Source of the DNA: Rhodobacterales bacterium
GTDB lineage: Bacteria; Pseudomonadota; Alphaproteobacteria; Rhodobacterales; Rhodobacteraceae
Assembly: GCA_031408575.1 (NCBI GenBank)
Contig: JANNWS010000170.1
Span: 718-64,717, forward strand
Direction of reading: 5' to 3'
Length of the DNA stretch: 64,000 nucleotides
The translations under genes and the position numbers were made by a program. Under the pieces are notes generated by a model. The model worked only from the letters and a program-made list of their open reading frames with translations, made no database searches and had not been told where the DNA came from. Below are positions 18,889-29,812 of this stretch, one piece after another (positions within the stretch are counted from its first letter, which is position 1; each line of letters starts with the position of its first letter).

Positions 18889-21802
18889 CTCCCCCGGCCC
18901 GCGTCTTTTTGCCTTGCCGCCGGGGACAGATTTTCCCGCGGCACTGGTTACGGGTCTGCAGGATCGTCTTGGCGCACAGCCGCCCGAGGCTATGGCGCGG
19001 GTTGAAATGTATCTCAACACCGCCCGAATGCGCCGCGCTGTGCGGGATGTGTTCACCGCCAAGGGTTCTTGCTTGCTGCCGCGCCTGCGCCTGATCACCG
19101 ATATCGGGGCAGACCCCGCAAATGCCCTGCCGCCCGCCGTTTCGCCCCTGCGTCGGCGGCTTGAAATCGCCCGGCTTGTTTCGGGCCTGCTGGACGCACA
19201 GCCCGACATTGCGCCAAGGGCCGCGCTTTACGATCTTGCCGACAGTCTTGCCCTGCTGACGGACGAGATGCAGGGCGAAGGCGTCAGCCCGGATACGCTG
19301 GCCGCGCTCGATGTGTCGGACCATTCAGCGCATTGGAAGCGAACGCAGGATTTTCTGGGCATCGTCGCACCGTTCTTTGGCGGGGCTGATGCGCCTGACA
19401 CAGAGGCGCGGCAACGGCTTGCCGTGCTGCGGCTTGCCAGTCGCTGGCAAGCCGACCCGCCGCAGCACCCGGTGATCGTTGCGGGGTCCACCGGGTCACG
19501 CGGCACAACAGCGCTGTTGATGCGCGCGGTTGCGGCATTGCCGCAGGGCGCTTTGGTTCTGCCGGGCTTTGACTTTGATCTGCCGGGTGATGTCTGGTCC
19601 GCGCTGTCTGATGCCCTGACCGGTGAAGATCACCCGCAATTCCGGTATCGCCGCCTGATGGACGCGCTTGAAGTGAAGCCATCGCAGGTACGTCATTGGA
19701 TCTCTTGCGGCCCAAAAACGTCTCTGAACAGGCTGGTTTCTTTGTCTTTACGGCCCGCACCGGTTACGGATCAGTGGCTGGCAGAAGGTCAGGACCTGCC
19801 CGATCTGCATGACGCGACGCAGACGATGACGCTGATTGAAGCGGCAGGGCCGCGCGCCGAGGCGATGGCAATAGCGCTTGTGCTCCGCGACGCGGCAGAG
19901 CGGGGCGTTTCAGCCGCGCTTGTCACGCCCGACCGTATGTTGACGCGGCAGGTCACGGCGGCGCTTGACCGGTGGGCGATCCGGCCCGACGACAGCGCGG
20001 GGCGCCCCTTGGCCCTTTCCGCGCCGGGGCGCCTTTTGCGTCATACTGCGGCGTTGTTCGGGCGTAGGCTGACCGCCGAGACCGTATTGACGCTGCTGAA
20101 ACATCCGCTGGCCGCGACGGGCGGCGGTCGCGGCGACCATCTGCGCCTTACCCGCGATCTTGAATTACATCTGCGGCGATTCGGTCCCGTCTTTCCAGAC
20201 GGATCTGCGGTGACGCTCTGGGCCAAACAGCAAAAAGATCCCCGCGCCGTGCCGTGGGCGGCGTGGATTTCTGCGATGATCGGGGGCGTCGAGGCGGCTC
20301 ATCCGCTGCCGCTTTGCGATCACGTTACCCGCCATATTGCATTAACCGAAGCCTTGGCGCGCGGGCCGGAAGGTATTGGCGCTGGCGAGATGTGGGATCA
20401 GGGCGCGGGGGCGGCGGCACAGGCCGCCATCTTCGATCTGCAGCGTGAGGCGGTGCATGGCGGCATTCTGACGCCTGCCGATTACAACGACTTGTTCAAC
20501 GGAATCATGGCCCGCGGCGAAGTGCGTGAGGCGGTGCAAGGCCACCCCTTGATCGCCATTCTTGGCCCTCGCGAGGCCCGTGAATGCCGGGCGAGCGTGG
20601 TAATTCTTGCTGGGCTGAATGACGGCAGCTGGCCACAACTGCCGCCGCCCGACCCTTGGTTGAACCGCCAGATGCGGCAAAAAGCGGGTCTGTTGCTGCC
20701 TGAACGGCAAATCGGGTTGTCAGCGCATGACTATCAACTGGCAATCGCCGCGCCACAGGTGATCCTGACGCGCGCCCAGCGCAACGCTGAGGCGGAAACC
20801 GTCCCGTCACGCTGGGTAAACCGCCTCCTGAACCTTATGGACGGCCTGCCGGAGCGGCGCGGGCCAGAGGCGCTGGCGGCAATGCGGGCGCGTGGCCGTG
20901 TCTGGCTTGATCTTGCGCGGGCGCTGGAAGAGCCGGTGGCCGCGGTCGCCCCCGCACACCGCCCCGCCCCGCGCCCACCTGTCGATGTGCGGCCACGCGA
21001 TCTGGCGGTGACGGGCATCCGCACGCTGATCCGCGATCCCTACGCAATCTATGCGCGCCACATCCTGCGCCTGCGCCCACTCGACCCGCTGCGGCATACG
21101 CCCGATGCGATGGTGCGCGGGTCAGTGCTGCACGCCATTCTGGAGCGGTTCGTGCGCGACCGCACGCCCGAAACCCCCGCCGAGGCGCGGGCGCGCCTGC
21201 TTTTGATCGCCGATGAAGTCCTTGCCGAGGACGTTCCGTGGCCCGCCGCCCGCGCCTTGTGGCGGGCGCGGCTTGATCGGGCCGCCGGCCCGTTTCTGGC
21301 GCGTGAGGCGGCCAGTGATGGCGTGCCGGTAATGATCGAAACGAAAGGCGCGGTCGGCCTTCCCGCCGTTGGTTTCACGCTGACGGCAAAGCCGGACAGG
21401 ATCGACCTCTTGCCGGACGGGCGGCTGCACATCCTTGACTACAAGACCGGCGCCCCGCCGACCCAAAAGCAGCAGAGCGCCTTTGACAAGCAGTTGTTGC
21501 TTGAAGCGGCGATGGCCGAGCGCGGAGCCTTTGTGGAGCTGGGCCCGCGCGAAGTGGCGCGGATCAGCTACATCGGCCTGAACGCCGCCGCAAAAGTAGA
21601 GACGGCCGAGATGACCGCCGACCTGACAGCAGCGGTCTGGGACGACCTGCACCGGTTGATCGCACGTTATCTGTCGCATGATCAGGGCTATGCCGCGCGA
21701 CGGGCGGTGTTTGATGCCCGGTTCCCCGGCGACTATGACCACCTCGCCCGGTTCGGAGAATGGGAAATGGCCGACCCACCACAGCCCGAGGATGTCGGAT
21801 GA
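18881..21802 (+). CDS. addB: Double-strand break repair protein AddB (alphaproteobacterial type)
   Basis: Trimmed to ATG 18881, an 8-nt overlap with the MurU-like stop. 973 aa. C-terminal PD-(D/E)xK nuclease region ...KPDRIDLLPDGRLHILDYKTG. Immediately upstream of addA. Confidence 0.9.
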   Translation: MFDSPGPRLFALPPGTDFPAALVTGLQDRLGAQPPEAMARVEMYLNTARMRRAVRDVFTAKGSCLLPRLRLITDIGADPANALPPAVSPLRRRLEIARLVSGLLDAQPDIAPRAALYDLADSLALLTDEMQGEGVSPDTLAALDVSDHSAHWKRTQDFLGIVAPFFGGADAPDTEARQRLAVLRLASRWQADPPQHPVIVAGSTGSRGTTALLMRAVAALPQGALVLPGFDFDLPGDVWSALSDALTGEDHPQFRYRRLMDALEVKPSQVRHWISCGPKTSLNRLVSLSLRPAPVTDQWLAEGQDLPDLHDATQTMTLIEAAGPRAEAMAIALVLRDAAERGVSAALVTPDRMLTRQVTAALDRWAIRPDDSAGRPLALSAPGRLLRHTAALFGRRLTAETVLTLLKHPLAATGGGRGDHLRLTRDLELHLRRFGPVFPDGSAVTLWAKQQKDPRAVPWAAWISAMIGGVEAAHPLPLCDHVTRHIALTEALARGPEGIGAGEMWDQGAGAAAQAAIFDLQREAVHGGILTPADYNDLFNGIMARGEVREAVQGHPLIAILGPREARECRASVVILAGLNDGSWPQLPPPDPWLNRQMRQKAGLLLPERQIGLSAHDYQLAIAAPQVILTRAQRNAEAETVPSRWVNRLLNLMDGLPERRGPEALAAMRARGRVWLDLARALEEPVAAVAPAHRPAPRPPVDVRPRDLAVTGIRTLIRDPYAIYARHILRLRPLDPLRHTPDAMVRGSVLHAILERFVRDRTPETPAEARARLLLIADEVLAEDVPWPAARALWRARLDRAAGPFLAREAASDGVPVMIETKGAVGLPAVGFTLTAKPDRIDLLPDGRLHILDYKTGAPPTQKQQSAFDKQLLLEAAMAERGAFVELGPREVARISYIGLNAAAKVETAEMTADLTAAVWDDLHRLIARYLSHDQGYAARRAVFDARFPGDYDHLARFGEWEMADPPQPEDVG

Positions 21803-24800
21803 TTCGCGACAGCGCCAGCGCCAGCGAGCGTCAGGTTCAGGCGGCCGATCCCGTCGCCTCCACCTGGCTTTCGGCCAACGCCGGATCGGGCAAGACCCGT
21901 GTGCTGACAGACCGGGTGGCGCGGCTTTTGCTGGGCGGTGTCGAGCCGCAACGCATTTTGTGCCTGACCTATACCAAGGCCGCCGCGTCCGAGATGCAGA
22001 ACCGCCTGTTCCGCAGGCTGGGACGGTGGGCAATGCTGGATGCCGCGCAACTGCGGGGCGCACTGGCCGAACTGGGAGTCGAGGATGCGGTTGATACCGA
22101 TACGTTGGCACGCGCGCGCAGGCTGTTCGCGCGCGCCATCGAAACGCCGGGTGGTCTGCGGATCCAGACGATCCATTCGTTCTGCGCCTCACTGCTCCGG
22201 CGGTTTCCGCTGGAGGCGGGGGTGTCGCCCCAATTTGCCGAGATGGACGATCGCGCTGCAAAGCTGTTGCGTGCCGACATTGTCGACGAAATGGCTGATC
22301 GTCTTGCGCCAGACGCTGTAGCCGCCCTTGCCCGCCTGTTCACCGGCGAAAATCTGGACGATCTGACCGACGAGGTCGCCCGTAACCGCAACAGCCTTGG
22401 CCAACCCCTGGCTTGGCCAGAAGCCTTGCGGCAGTTCGGGTTGGCCGCAGGCGTCACGGCCGAGACGCTGATTTCCGACGTTTTCCTTGGCGGCGAGGCC
22501 GGGTTGTTGGCGCGGGTGGCTGCGATCATGTCCACCGGATCGGTCAATGATGTGAAGGCCGCAGATCGCCTTGGCAGGCTGCCTTTGATGTACCCTGACT
22601 TTGAAACACTGGCGGCACTTGAGGCGCTGTTTTTGACCGGATCGGGTGCAAAAGACCCGTTCAGTGCAAAGATCGGCGCCTTTCCCACCAAGGCAACCCG
22701 CGCAGCGCTTGGCGCGCTCGCCGATCCGCTCGAGGCGCTGATGCGCCGCGTCGAGGGCGCCCGTCCGCGCCGCATCTCGCTGCTGGCGGCCCAGCGCACG
22801 CACGCGCTGCACGAATTTGCAGCGCGGTTCCTGCCGGAATATGCGGCGCGCAAAGCGGTGCGCGGCTGGCTTGATTTCGACGATCTGATCGGCAAGGCGC
22901 GGGCGCTGCTGACAGACCCATCTGTCGCACAATGGGTGCTGTTCAGGCTGGATGGCGGTATCGACCACATCCTTGTCGACGAAGCGCAGGATACCAGCCC
23001 CGAACAATGGCGGGTGATCGAGCTTTTGACACAAGAGTTCACCGCAGGGCGCGGCGCCCGTGATACCGCTCGGACGATCTTTGTCGTCGGGGACAAGAAA
23101 CAGTCGATCTATTCGTTCCAGGGGGCCGACCTGTTGGCGTTCGACAGCATGAAGGCGCATTTCCGTGGGCGGCTGGCCGAGGTAAGCACGCATCTTGCCG
23201 ATCTGACGCTGGAATATTCGTTCCGCTCGTCACCCGCCATTCTGCGGCTTGTGGACCTTACCTTTGATGAACGTGCCGGGCGCGATCTGGGCGGCGAGGT
23301 CAAGCATATCGCCTTCAAATCCGATTTGCCGGGGCGAGTCGATCTTTGGCCGGCCATTGCGCCGGTGAAAGACCCTGAGCCGGACCACTGGTATGATCCG
23401 ACCGATCTGATTTCGGGCGAACATCACGCGGCCCAGCTTGCCCGTCGCATTGCCGCCCGGATCTCTGACATGCTGGCTCGGGGCGTTCAGATCCCCACCG
23501 ACGACGGGCCGCGCCCGGCAACGGCGGGCGATGTGCTGATCCTCGTGCAACGGCGATCGACCCTGTTTTCCGAGATCATCCGCGCCTGCAAGGCCGCTGG
23601 CCTGCCAATTGCCGGGGCTGACCGGCTGAAGTTGCGGGCAGAGCTTGCAGTCAAAGACCTGACCGCGCTGCTCGCCTTCCTCGCCACGCCAGAAGACGAT
23701 CTGTCGCTGGCCGCAGCCCTGCGGTCACCGCTGTTCGGCTGGACGGAATGGCAGCTTTTTTCGCTTGCTCAGAGTCGAAAATCCTATCTCTGGGTTGCTC
23801 TGCGCGACGTGGCGGACGACCATCCGCAGACACTGGAAATGCTGCACGATCTGCGCGATCAGACCGACTATCTGCGCCCCTACGATCTGGTGGAGCGGGT
23901 TTTGACCCGACACGACGGTCGCCGCCGCCTTCTGGCGCGCCTGGGCGACGAGGCTGAAGACGGGATCGACGAATTTCTGTCGCAGGCGCTGGCCTATGAG
24001 CGCACCGAGGTGCCGAGTCTGACCGGCTTTCTGGGCTGGCTTTCCGCCGATGACGTCGAAATCAAGCGGCAGATGGGCGAGGCTGCGGGCCGGATCCGCG
24101 TGATGACGGTGCATGGCGCTAAGGGGCTGGAGGCGCCCATCGTCATTCTGCCCGAAACGCAGAACCGCGTACTTTCCGACAAGCGCGAAGTTGTGACGCT
24201 GGCCGATGGCTTGGCAGTCTGGCGGATGCCGTCGGCGGATGCGCCACAGATACTGACTGACAACAATACCCTTTGGCGCGAAAAGGCGGCGGCAGAAAGC
24301 CTGCGCCTGCTTTACGTCGCCATGACGCGCGCCCAATCTTGGCTGATCGTCGCTGCGGCGGGTGAAACCGACAGCGACGGTTGCTGGTATGGTATCGTTC
24401 GCGCCGGGATGGATGCCGCCGGGGCAGTGATGCAGCCGGACGGTTCCTTGCGCCTTGGTCATGGGGTGTGGCCGCCCGACACAACGCCTGTCGTCAGCCA
24501 ACCGACGATCAAGCCCGGCCTGCCCGACTGGGTTCAGCGCGCTGCGCCCGTGATTGCACGAAGCCTGCCGCTGTTGTCACCTTCGGATCTGGGAGGTGCA
24601 AAGATGATGCCCGGCGAGGCGGACCCAACGCTTGAAGGGGCCGCGAAGCAACGCGGCACAGAGTTGCACCTGTTGCTTGAACACCTGCCGACGCTGCCCC
24701 CCACCGATTGGCCGAACCGCGCCACCGCATTGCTGGGGCCTGATGCTGATCCCGCCGTTGTCGCGCAGCGGCTGGCCGAGGTTGCCGTGGTTCTAACCGA

Positions 24801-25140
24801 TGCGGAGCTGGCACCGCTGTTCGCCGCAGAAACGCTGGCCGAAGTGGCGGTGACGGGTGTTTTAGGAGCGCAGCGCGTTTACGGCTCCATCGACAGGCTG
24901 TTGATTGAACCGGATCGCGTCCTGGCCATCGATTATAAATCGAACCGCCTGTTCCCGGAGCGCGTCGAGGACGTCCCCGAGGGGCTTTTGCGGCAAATGG
25001 GGGCCTACCAAGCCGTCCTGACCCAGATCTATCCCGGTCGCGAGGTTCATGTTGCAGTTCTGTGGACGGGCGGGCCCAGCCTGATGCTGTTGCCCCGCGC
25101 CCTGATCATGGCGGCCTTGCAGCGGGGCGGCCTCCCTTGA
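21799..25140 (+). CDS. addA: Double-strand break repair helicase-nuclease AddA
   Basis: Trimmed to ATG 21799, an ATGA overlap with addB. UvrD-like motifs ANAGSGKTRVL, ILVDEAQDTSP, VGDKKQSIYSFQGA, VMTVHGAKGLEAPIV. C-terminal nuclease SIDRLLIEPDRVLAIDYKS. Confidence 0.95.
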   Translation: MIRDSASASERQVQAADPVASTWLSANAGSGKTRVLTDRVARLLLGGVEPQRILCLTYTKAAASEMQNRLFRRLGRWAMLDAAQLRGALAELGVEDAVDTDTLARARRLFARAIETPGGLRIQTIHSFCASLLRRFPLEAGVSPQFAEMDDRAAKLLRADIVDEMADRLAPDAVAALARLFTGENLDDLTDEVARNRNSLGQPLAWPEALRQFGLAAGVTAETLISDVFLGGEAGLLARVAAIMSTGSVNDVKAADRLGRLPLMYPDFETLAALEALFLTGSGAKDPFSAKIGAFPTKATRAALGALADPLEALMRRVEGARPRRISLLAAQRTHALHEFAARFLPEYAARKAVRGWLDFDDLIGKARALLTDPSVAQWVLFRLDGGIDHILVDEAQDTSPEQWRVIELLTQEFTAGRGARDTARTIFVVGDKKQSIYSFQGADLLAFDSMKAHFRGRLAEVSTHLADLTLEYSFRSSPAILRLVDLTFDERAGRDLGGEVKHIAFKSDLPGRVDLWPAIAPVKDPEPDHWYDPTDLISGEHHAAQLARRIAARISDMLARGVQIPTDDGPRPATAGDVLILVQRRSTLFSEIIRACKAAGLPIAGADRLKLRAELAVKDLTALLAFLATPEDDLSLAAALRSPLFGWTEWQLFSLAQSRKSYLWVALRDVADDHPQTLEMLHDLRDQTDYLRPYDLVERVLTRHDGRRRLLARLGDEAEDGIDEFLSQALAYERTEVPSLTGFLGWLSADDVEIKRQMGEAAGRIRVMTVHGAKGLEAPIVILPETQNRVLSDKREVVTLADGLAVWRMPSADAPQILTDNNTLWREKAAAESLRLLYVAMTRAQSWLIVAAAGETDSDGCWYGIVRAGMDAAGAVMQPDGSLRLGHGVWPPDTTPVVSQPTIKPGLPDWVQRAAPVIARSLPLLSPSDLGGAKMMPGEADPTLEGAAKQRGTELHLLLEHLPTLPPTDWPNRATALLGPDADPAVVAQRLAEVAVVLTDAELAPLFAAETLAEVAVTGVLGAQRVYGSIDRLLIEPDRVLAIDYKSNRLFPERVEDVPEGLLRQMGAYQAVLTQIYPGREVHVAVLWTGGPSLMLLPRALIMAALQRGGLP

Positions 25141-25198
25141 CGGGCGGCACACCCGTCCATAGGTTCAAATTCAACGCATCCCGCCACGGAGACTTGTC

Positions 25199-25519
25199 AT
25201 GGCAACCACCCACGTCACTGACGCCACATTCGACGCCGAAGTTCGCAAGGCTTTGGTTCCGGTCGTGGTCGATTTCTGGGCCGAATGGTGCGGCCCGTGC
25301 CGCCAGATCGGCCCTGCACTGGAAGAGCTTTCTGCCGAATACGGCGGCAAGGTAAAGATCGTGAAGATCAACGTCGATGAGAACCCCGAAAGCCCGGCAA
25401 TGCTGGGCGTGCGCGGTATCCCGGCGCTGTTCCTGTTCAAGAACGGTGAGGTTGTGTCGAACAAGGTTGGTGCCGCGCCCAAGGCGGCGCTGGCGAACTG
25501 GATCAATTCTGCGATCTGA
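25199..25519 (+). CDS. trxA: Thioredoxin
   Basis: 106 aa with the WAEWCGPC active site. Confidence 0.97.
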   Translation: MATTHVTDATFDAEVRKALVPVVVDFWAEWCGPCRQIGPALEELSAEYGGKVKIVKINVDENPESPAMLGVRGIPALFLFKNGEVVSNKVGAAPKAALANWINSAI

Positions 25520-25544
25520 TCCCTCTTCGGTGACATGCAGAAGC

Positions 25545-25572
25545 GGGCGCCACTCCGGCGCCCTTTTTCTTT
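25545..25572 (+). terminator. Rho-independent terminator of trxA
   Basis: GGGCGCC(25545-25551)-ACTCC-GGCGCCC(25557-25563), followed by TTTTTCTTT. Confidence 0.85.
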
Positions 25573-25640
25573 GCGGGCGGGCCGGGTTGTGCCGCCCGTC
25601 CCGTCGAGCCATATTCGCTTAAGGTGGCGCGAGGCAAACG

Positions 25641-26198
25641 ATGGCAGAAGACAGGTTTCCCGGCTGGCACGGCACGACGATCCTGGCCGTGCGGCGCGGC
25701 GGTCAGGTTGTGGTGGCGGGGGATGGGCAGGTCAGCCTGGGCCAGGCCGTGATCAAAGGCTCGGCCCGCAAGGTGCGCCGTCTGTCGCCCGGCGGGCGTG
25801 ATATCGTTGCGGGTTTTGCCGGATCGACCGCCGACGCCTTCACCCTGCTGGAGCGGCTTGAGAAAAAGCTCGAGGCGCTGCCGGGTCAGCTTGCGCGCGC
25901 CAGTGTGGAGTTGGCAAAGGACTGGCGCATGGACAAATACCTGCGCAATCTCGAGGCAATGCTGATCGTAACCGACGGGCGCGATCTGTTCGTCATCACC
26001 GGCGCTGGCGACGTGCTGGAGCCGGAGCATGATGTAGCCGCCATCGGGTCGGGCGGCAATTATGCGCTGGCTGCCGCGCGCGGGCTGATGACCACTGACC
26101 TGCCCGCCGAAGACATAGCCCGGCGCGCGATGGCGATAGCCGCCGACATCTGTGTTTATACCAACGGAAACCTGACGGTGGAGACAATCCGTGGCTGA
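25641..26198 (+). CDS. hslV: ATP-dependent protease subunit HslV
   Basis: 185 aa. ...[24 protein letters not shown] (N-terminal Thr nucleophile context), [14 protein letters not shown]. Confidence 0.96.
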   Translation: MAEDRFPGWHGTTILAVRRGGQVVVAGDGQVSLGQAVIKGSARKVRRLSPGGRDIVAGFAGSTADAFTLLERLEKKLEALPGQLARASVELAKDWRMDKYLRNLEAMLIVTDGRDLFVITGAGDVLEPEHDVAAIGSGGNYALAAARGLMTTDLPAEDIARRAMAIAADICVYTNGNLTVETIRG

Positions 26199-27294
26199 TC
26201 CCGCCCGCGCTTTCGGCCCCGATGATCTGCGCGCCGCCGTTGCCGCAGGTGTGCTGACCGAGGCGCAGGCCGCGTCGGTCACTGCCCTTGCCGACGACCG
26301 GGCGGGCAAGCGACTTGCGATGCCCGCCGAGGATGAGCCGTTCGAATTCTTTCGCGGCTTCAGCGAAATCTTCGTTTCCATCGGCCTTGTCATCCTGTTG
26401 TCGGGAATAGCCGCATTCCTGTTCACATTCGGCGGATTTGCCATTCTGGTGGCGCTGCCGCTGATCTGCGCCGCGATCGCGTGGTGGTGGGCAGGGTATT
26501 TCACCCTGAAACGGCGGATGAACCTGCCGTCGATGGTGTTGGCATCAGCGTTTGGCGGCGGCATCTATCTGTCGGCGATCACGATGCTTGACGCGTCGGA
26601 TCAGTCGTTGCGCCTGTCGGTGGTGGCCAGCTTTGTTCTGGCGGCGCTGGGCATGGCCGCCTGGTATCGGCGGTTCCGGCTGCCCTTTGCGGCCTTTATT
26701 CTGGGCGTGTTCGTGCTGGGGGCGATCTATTCCATGACCGCCTCGATCGACTCGCTTGTCGGGCTGGCCGGACAGGAAAGCGGGCGATTTGGCGGGATGT
26801 TCGATCTGCGGGAAAGCCCGCAATTCGCGCTGGCGACGCTGGGTTTCGGCATCGCGGTGTTTCTTGTGGCGATGTGGTTTGATACGCGCGATCCGCATCG
26901 CCTTGGCCGCCACGCGGCGACCGCGTTCTGGCTGCATCTGCTGGCGGCCCCGGCGCTGGTGAACACGGTGGCGCTGACGCTTTACAACGTCGGCGGCACG
27001 GTGGGAATCGTGTCGCTTGCCGTGTCGCTGACGCTGATTGGAACGCTTGCGCTGATCATTGACCGCCGGTCGTTCCTGACGGCAGCGCTGATCTATATTG
27101 CGCTGGTGATTGGCTGGATCATACAGGGCGACGGCGGCGGCGATATCCAGTCTTTCACCTTCATCCTGATCATTCTGGGCGGGTTCGTTACAGCCCTTGG
27201 CACGTGGTGGGTACCGCTGCGGTCGGCTCTGATGCGCGCCCTGCCCGAGTTTCCCGGCAAGCACCGCCTGCCGCCCTACGGAAAGACCCCATGA
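26191..27294 (+). CDS. Polytopic integral membrane protein of unknown function, between hslV and hslU
   Basis: 367 aa. GTG start overlaps the hslV stop by 8 nt, and its TGA overlaps the hslU ATG (ATGA). About 55-aa soluble N-terminus, then about 10 hydrophobic helices. I recognise no catalytic motif. Confidence 0.7.
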   Translation: MADPARAFGPDDLRAAVAAGVLTEAQAASVTALADDRAGKRLAMPAEDEPFEFFRGFSEIFVSIGLVILLSGIAAFLFTFGGFAILVALPLICAAIAWWWAGYFTLKRRMNLPSMVLASAFGGGIYLSAITMLDASDQSLRLSVVASFVLAALGMAAWYRRFRLPFAAFILGVFVLGAIYSMTASIDSLVGLAGQESGRFGGMFDLRESPQFALATLGFGIAVFLVAMWFDTRDPHRLGRHAATAFWLHLLAAPALVNTVALTLYNVGGTVGIVSLAVSLTLIGTLALIIDRRSFLTAALIYIALVIGWIIQGDGGGDIQSFTFILIILGGFVTALGTWWVPLRSALMRALPEFPGKHRLPPYGKTP

Positions 27295-28592
27295 CCACCC
27301 TGACCCCGCGCGAGATCGTGTCCGAACTTGACCGTCACATCATCGGCCAGAATGACGCAAAGCGCGCCGTTGCGGTTGCCATGCGAAACCGCTGGCGGCG
27401 CAAGCAACTGGGCGATGATCTGCGCGATGAGGTGTATCCCAAGAATATCCTGATGATCGGCCCCACAGGCGTCGGCAAGACCGAGATCAGCCGACGGCTG
27501 GCCAGGCTTGCAAAAGCGCCGTTCCTGAAGGTCGAGGCGACGAAGTTCACCGAGGTGGGCTATGTCGGCCGCGATGTTGACAGCATCATCCGCGATCTGA
27601 TGGATGCCGCCATCATCGACACCCGCGCCCAGATGCGGGATGAGGTGCGTGCCCGCGCCCACAAGGCCGCCGAAGATCGTGTGATCGAGGCGCTGGCCGG
27701 CAAGGATGCCCGCGAACAGACCCGCGATATGTTTCGCGGCAAGCTGAAGCGCGGCGAACTTGACGCCACGATGATCGAACTTGAGGTGGCCGAGGCTGGT
27801 CCGGCAATGCCGATGATGGGTGGAATGCCCGGCATGGAACAACAGATGCAGGGCCTTCAGGACATGCTCGGCAAGGCTTTTGGCGGGCGCACGACCCGCA
27901 AGCGCCTCAGCGTGGCGGAAAGCTATGATCTGCTGCTGGGAGAAGAGGCCGACAAGCTGCTGGATGATGAAGCCGTTACAAAGGCCGCGCTGGCCGCCGT
28001 GCAAGAGGGCGGCATCGTCTTTATCGACGAGATCGACAAGGTCTGCGCCAGGTCAGATACGCGGGGCGCGGATGTCAGCCGCGAAGGCGTGCAGCGCGAT
28101 CTGCTGCCGCTGATCGAGGGCACGACAGTCTCAACCAAATACGGCCCGGTCAAGACCGACCACATCCTGTTCATCGCGAGCGGCGCATTCCACACCGCCA
28201 AGCCGTCCGACCTGCTGCCGGAATTGCAAGGTCGTCTGCCGATACGGGTCGAACTTCAGCCGCTGACCGAAGGCGATTTCGTCCGCATCCTGACCGAAAC
28301 CGACAACGCCCTGACGCGGCAGTATTCCGCGCTTATGGCGACCGAACAGGTTGCCGTCAGTTTCACGCCCGACGGAATCGCGGCACTGGCGCATATCGCC
28401 GCCGAAGTGAATGCCTCGGTCGAGAACATCGGCGCGCGGCGGCTTTACACGGTGATGGAGCGGGTATTCGAAGAGCTGTCCTTTACGGCACCCGACCGAT
28501 CGGGGGATGCCGTTGTGGTGGATGCCGCATTCGTCGAAACCAATATCGGTGCACTGTCACGATCGGCTGATCTGAGCAGATACGTTCTCTGA
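27291..28592 (+). CDS. hslU: ATP-dependent protease ATPase subunit HslU
   Basis: Trimmed to ATG 27291: [37 protein letters not shown]; Walker [11 protein letters not shown]; [10 protein letters not shown] Walker B. Confidence 0.96.
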   Translation: MTTLTPREIVSELDRHIIGQNDAKRAVAVAMRNRWRRKQLGDDLRDEVYPKNILMIGPTGVGKTEISRRLARLAKAPFLKVEATKFTEVGYVGRDVDSIIRDLMDAAIIDTRAQMRDEVRARAHKAAEDRVIEALAGKDAREQTRDMFRGKLKRGELDATMIELEVAEAGPAMPMMGGMPGMEQQMQGLQDMLGKAFGGRTTRKRLSVAESYDLLLGEEADKLLDDEAVTKAALAAVQEGGIVFIDEIDKVCARSDTRGADVSREGVQRDLLPLIEGTTVSTKYGPVKTDHILFIASGAFHTAKPSDLLPELQGRLPIRVELQPLTEGDFVRILTETDNALTRQYSALMATEQVAVSFTPDGIAALAHIAAEVNASVENIGARRLYTVMERVFEELSFTAPDRSGDAVVVDAAFVETNIGALSRSADLSRYVL

Positions 28593-28686
28593 TAAAGCGT
28601 GGCGGGGTTGACTGGCGCGGCCACGCAAGGTCATGTCTGGGCGCAATGGCGATGCGTGTTCGCGCCCACAAAAAGGAGAGAACAGA

Positions 28687-29808
28687 ATGACCCGGAAGCT
28701 GTTCCTGCTTGCCAGTCTCTGCCTTGTCGTGGCCTGTGGACAGCGCGGCGTCATCACGGTCGACCCTGTGTCGCGTGGAATTGGCACGATCGAGCCGGTT
28801 TTCGTCGGCACGACGCGGGCGTTCGATCCAATCATAGGATCGTTCGGGTCCGACCGGTCGCCCGTGCTGTCGCTGGCACGCTATGACATCTCGATCCCTC
28901 CGGATCGTGAGGTGGGGCAGATCAAATGGCCGAAGGAAGGCCGTGCCACCAACCCGAGGACAGATTTCCTGACGGCAGAGAGTGTGGTGTTTGACAGCCC
29001 ATCCGATTTCCGCCGGGATCTGAGCAGCGCGATGCGGTCCGAGGTCGGCCCAAAGCAGCGCGCGCTGATCTTTGTGCATGGATTCAACAACACCTTCGCC
29101 GAAGGCGTCTACCGGATCGCGCAACTTGCCCACGATCTGGATCTGCCACGCGTTACCGTGCATTATTCCTGGCCCTCGGCGGGACAGGCGCTGGGCTATG
29201 TGCATGACCGCGATTCAGCGCTGTATGCGCGTGACGGGCTTGAAAAGCTGTTCAACGAGGTGGTTGCCGCAGGCGCGCAGGAGGTTATCGTTGTCGGACA
29301 TTCGATGGGCGCGCAATTGCTGGTGGAAACGCTGCGCCAGATGGACATCCGCAACCCCGACAAGCTGAAGCGGAACCTTGCGGGCGTCGTGCTTTTGTCG
29401 CCTGACATAGATGTCGAGGTGTTCCGATCGCAGGCTGACACTTTTGGTCGGTTGCCGCAGCCATTCCTGATCTTCTCGTCGCAAAAGGACAAGGCGCTGC
29501 GCCTGTCGTCGTTGGTGTCGGGCGAGCCAAACCGTCTGGGGAACCTGACGAACATTGATCAGGTGTCGGATCTTGAGGTTCGGGTGATCGACGTTGCCGC
29601 CTTCTCGACCGGATCGGGCCATTTCACAATCGGCGACTCGCCAGAGCTGATTGCGCTGATCAGCAGAATTGGCTCGGTTCAGGATGCGTTCGACTCGGAC
29701 AATGCCGGGCGCGTCGGGCTTTTGCCGGGGATCGTTCTGACCGCGCGTGGCGCCACGGCCATCGTTGTGTCTCCGGTCGTAGCGATCAATAACGAGCTAT
29801 CGAAATAG
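28687..29808 (+). CDS. Alpha/beta-hydrolase lipoprotein (DUF900-like)
   Basis: Trimmed to ATG 28687 after an AAGGAGAG SD. Lipobox LCLVVAC. IFVHGFNN and VGHSMGAQL (GxSxG nucleophile elbow). Confidence 0.75.
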   Translation: MTRKLFLLASLCLVVACGQRGVITVDPVSRGIGTIEPVFVGTTRAFDPIIGSFGSDRSPVLSLARYDISIPPDREVGQIKWPKEGRATNPRTDFLTAESVVFDSPSDFRRDLSSAMRSEVGPKQRALIFVHGFNNTFAEGVYRIAQLAHDLDLPRVTVHYSWPSAGQALGYVHDRDSALYARDGLEKLFNEVVAAGAQEVIVVGHSMGAQLLVETLRQMDIRNPDKLKRNLAGVVLLSPDIDVEVFRSQADTFGRLPQPFLIFSSQKDKALRLSSLVSGEPNRLGNLTNIDQVSDLEVRVIDVAAFSTGSGHFTIGDSPELIALISRIGSVQDAFDSDNAGRVGLLPGIVLTARGATAIVVSPVVAINNELSK

Positions 29809-29812
29809 CCGC

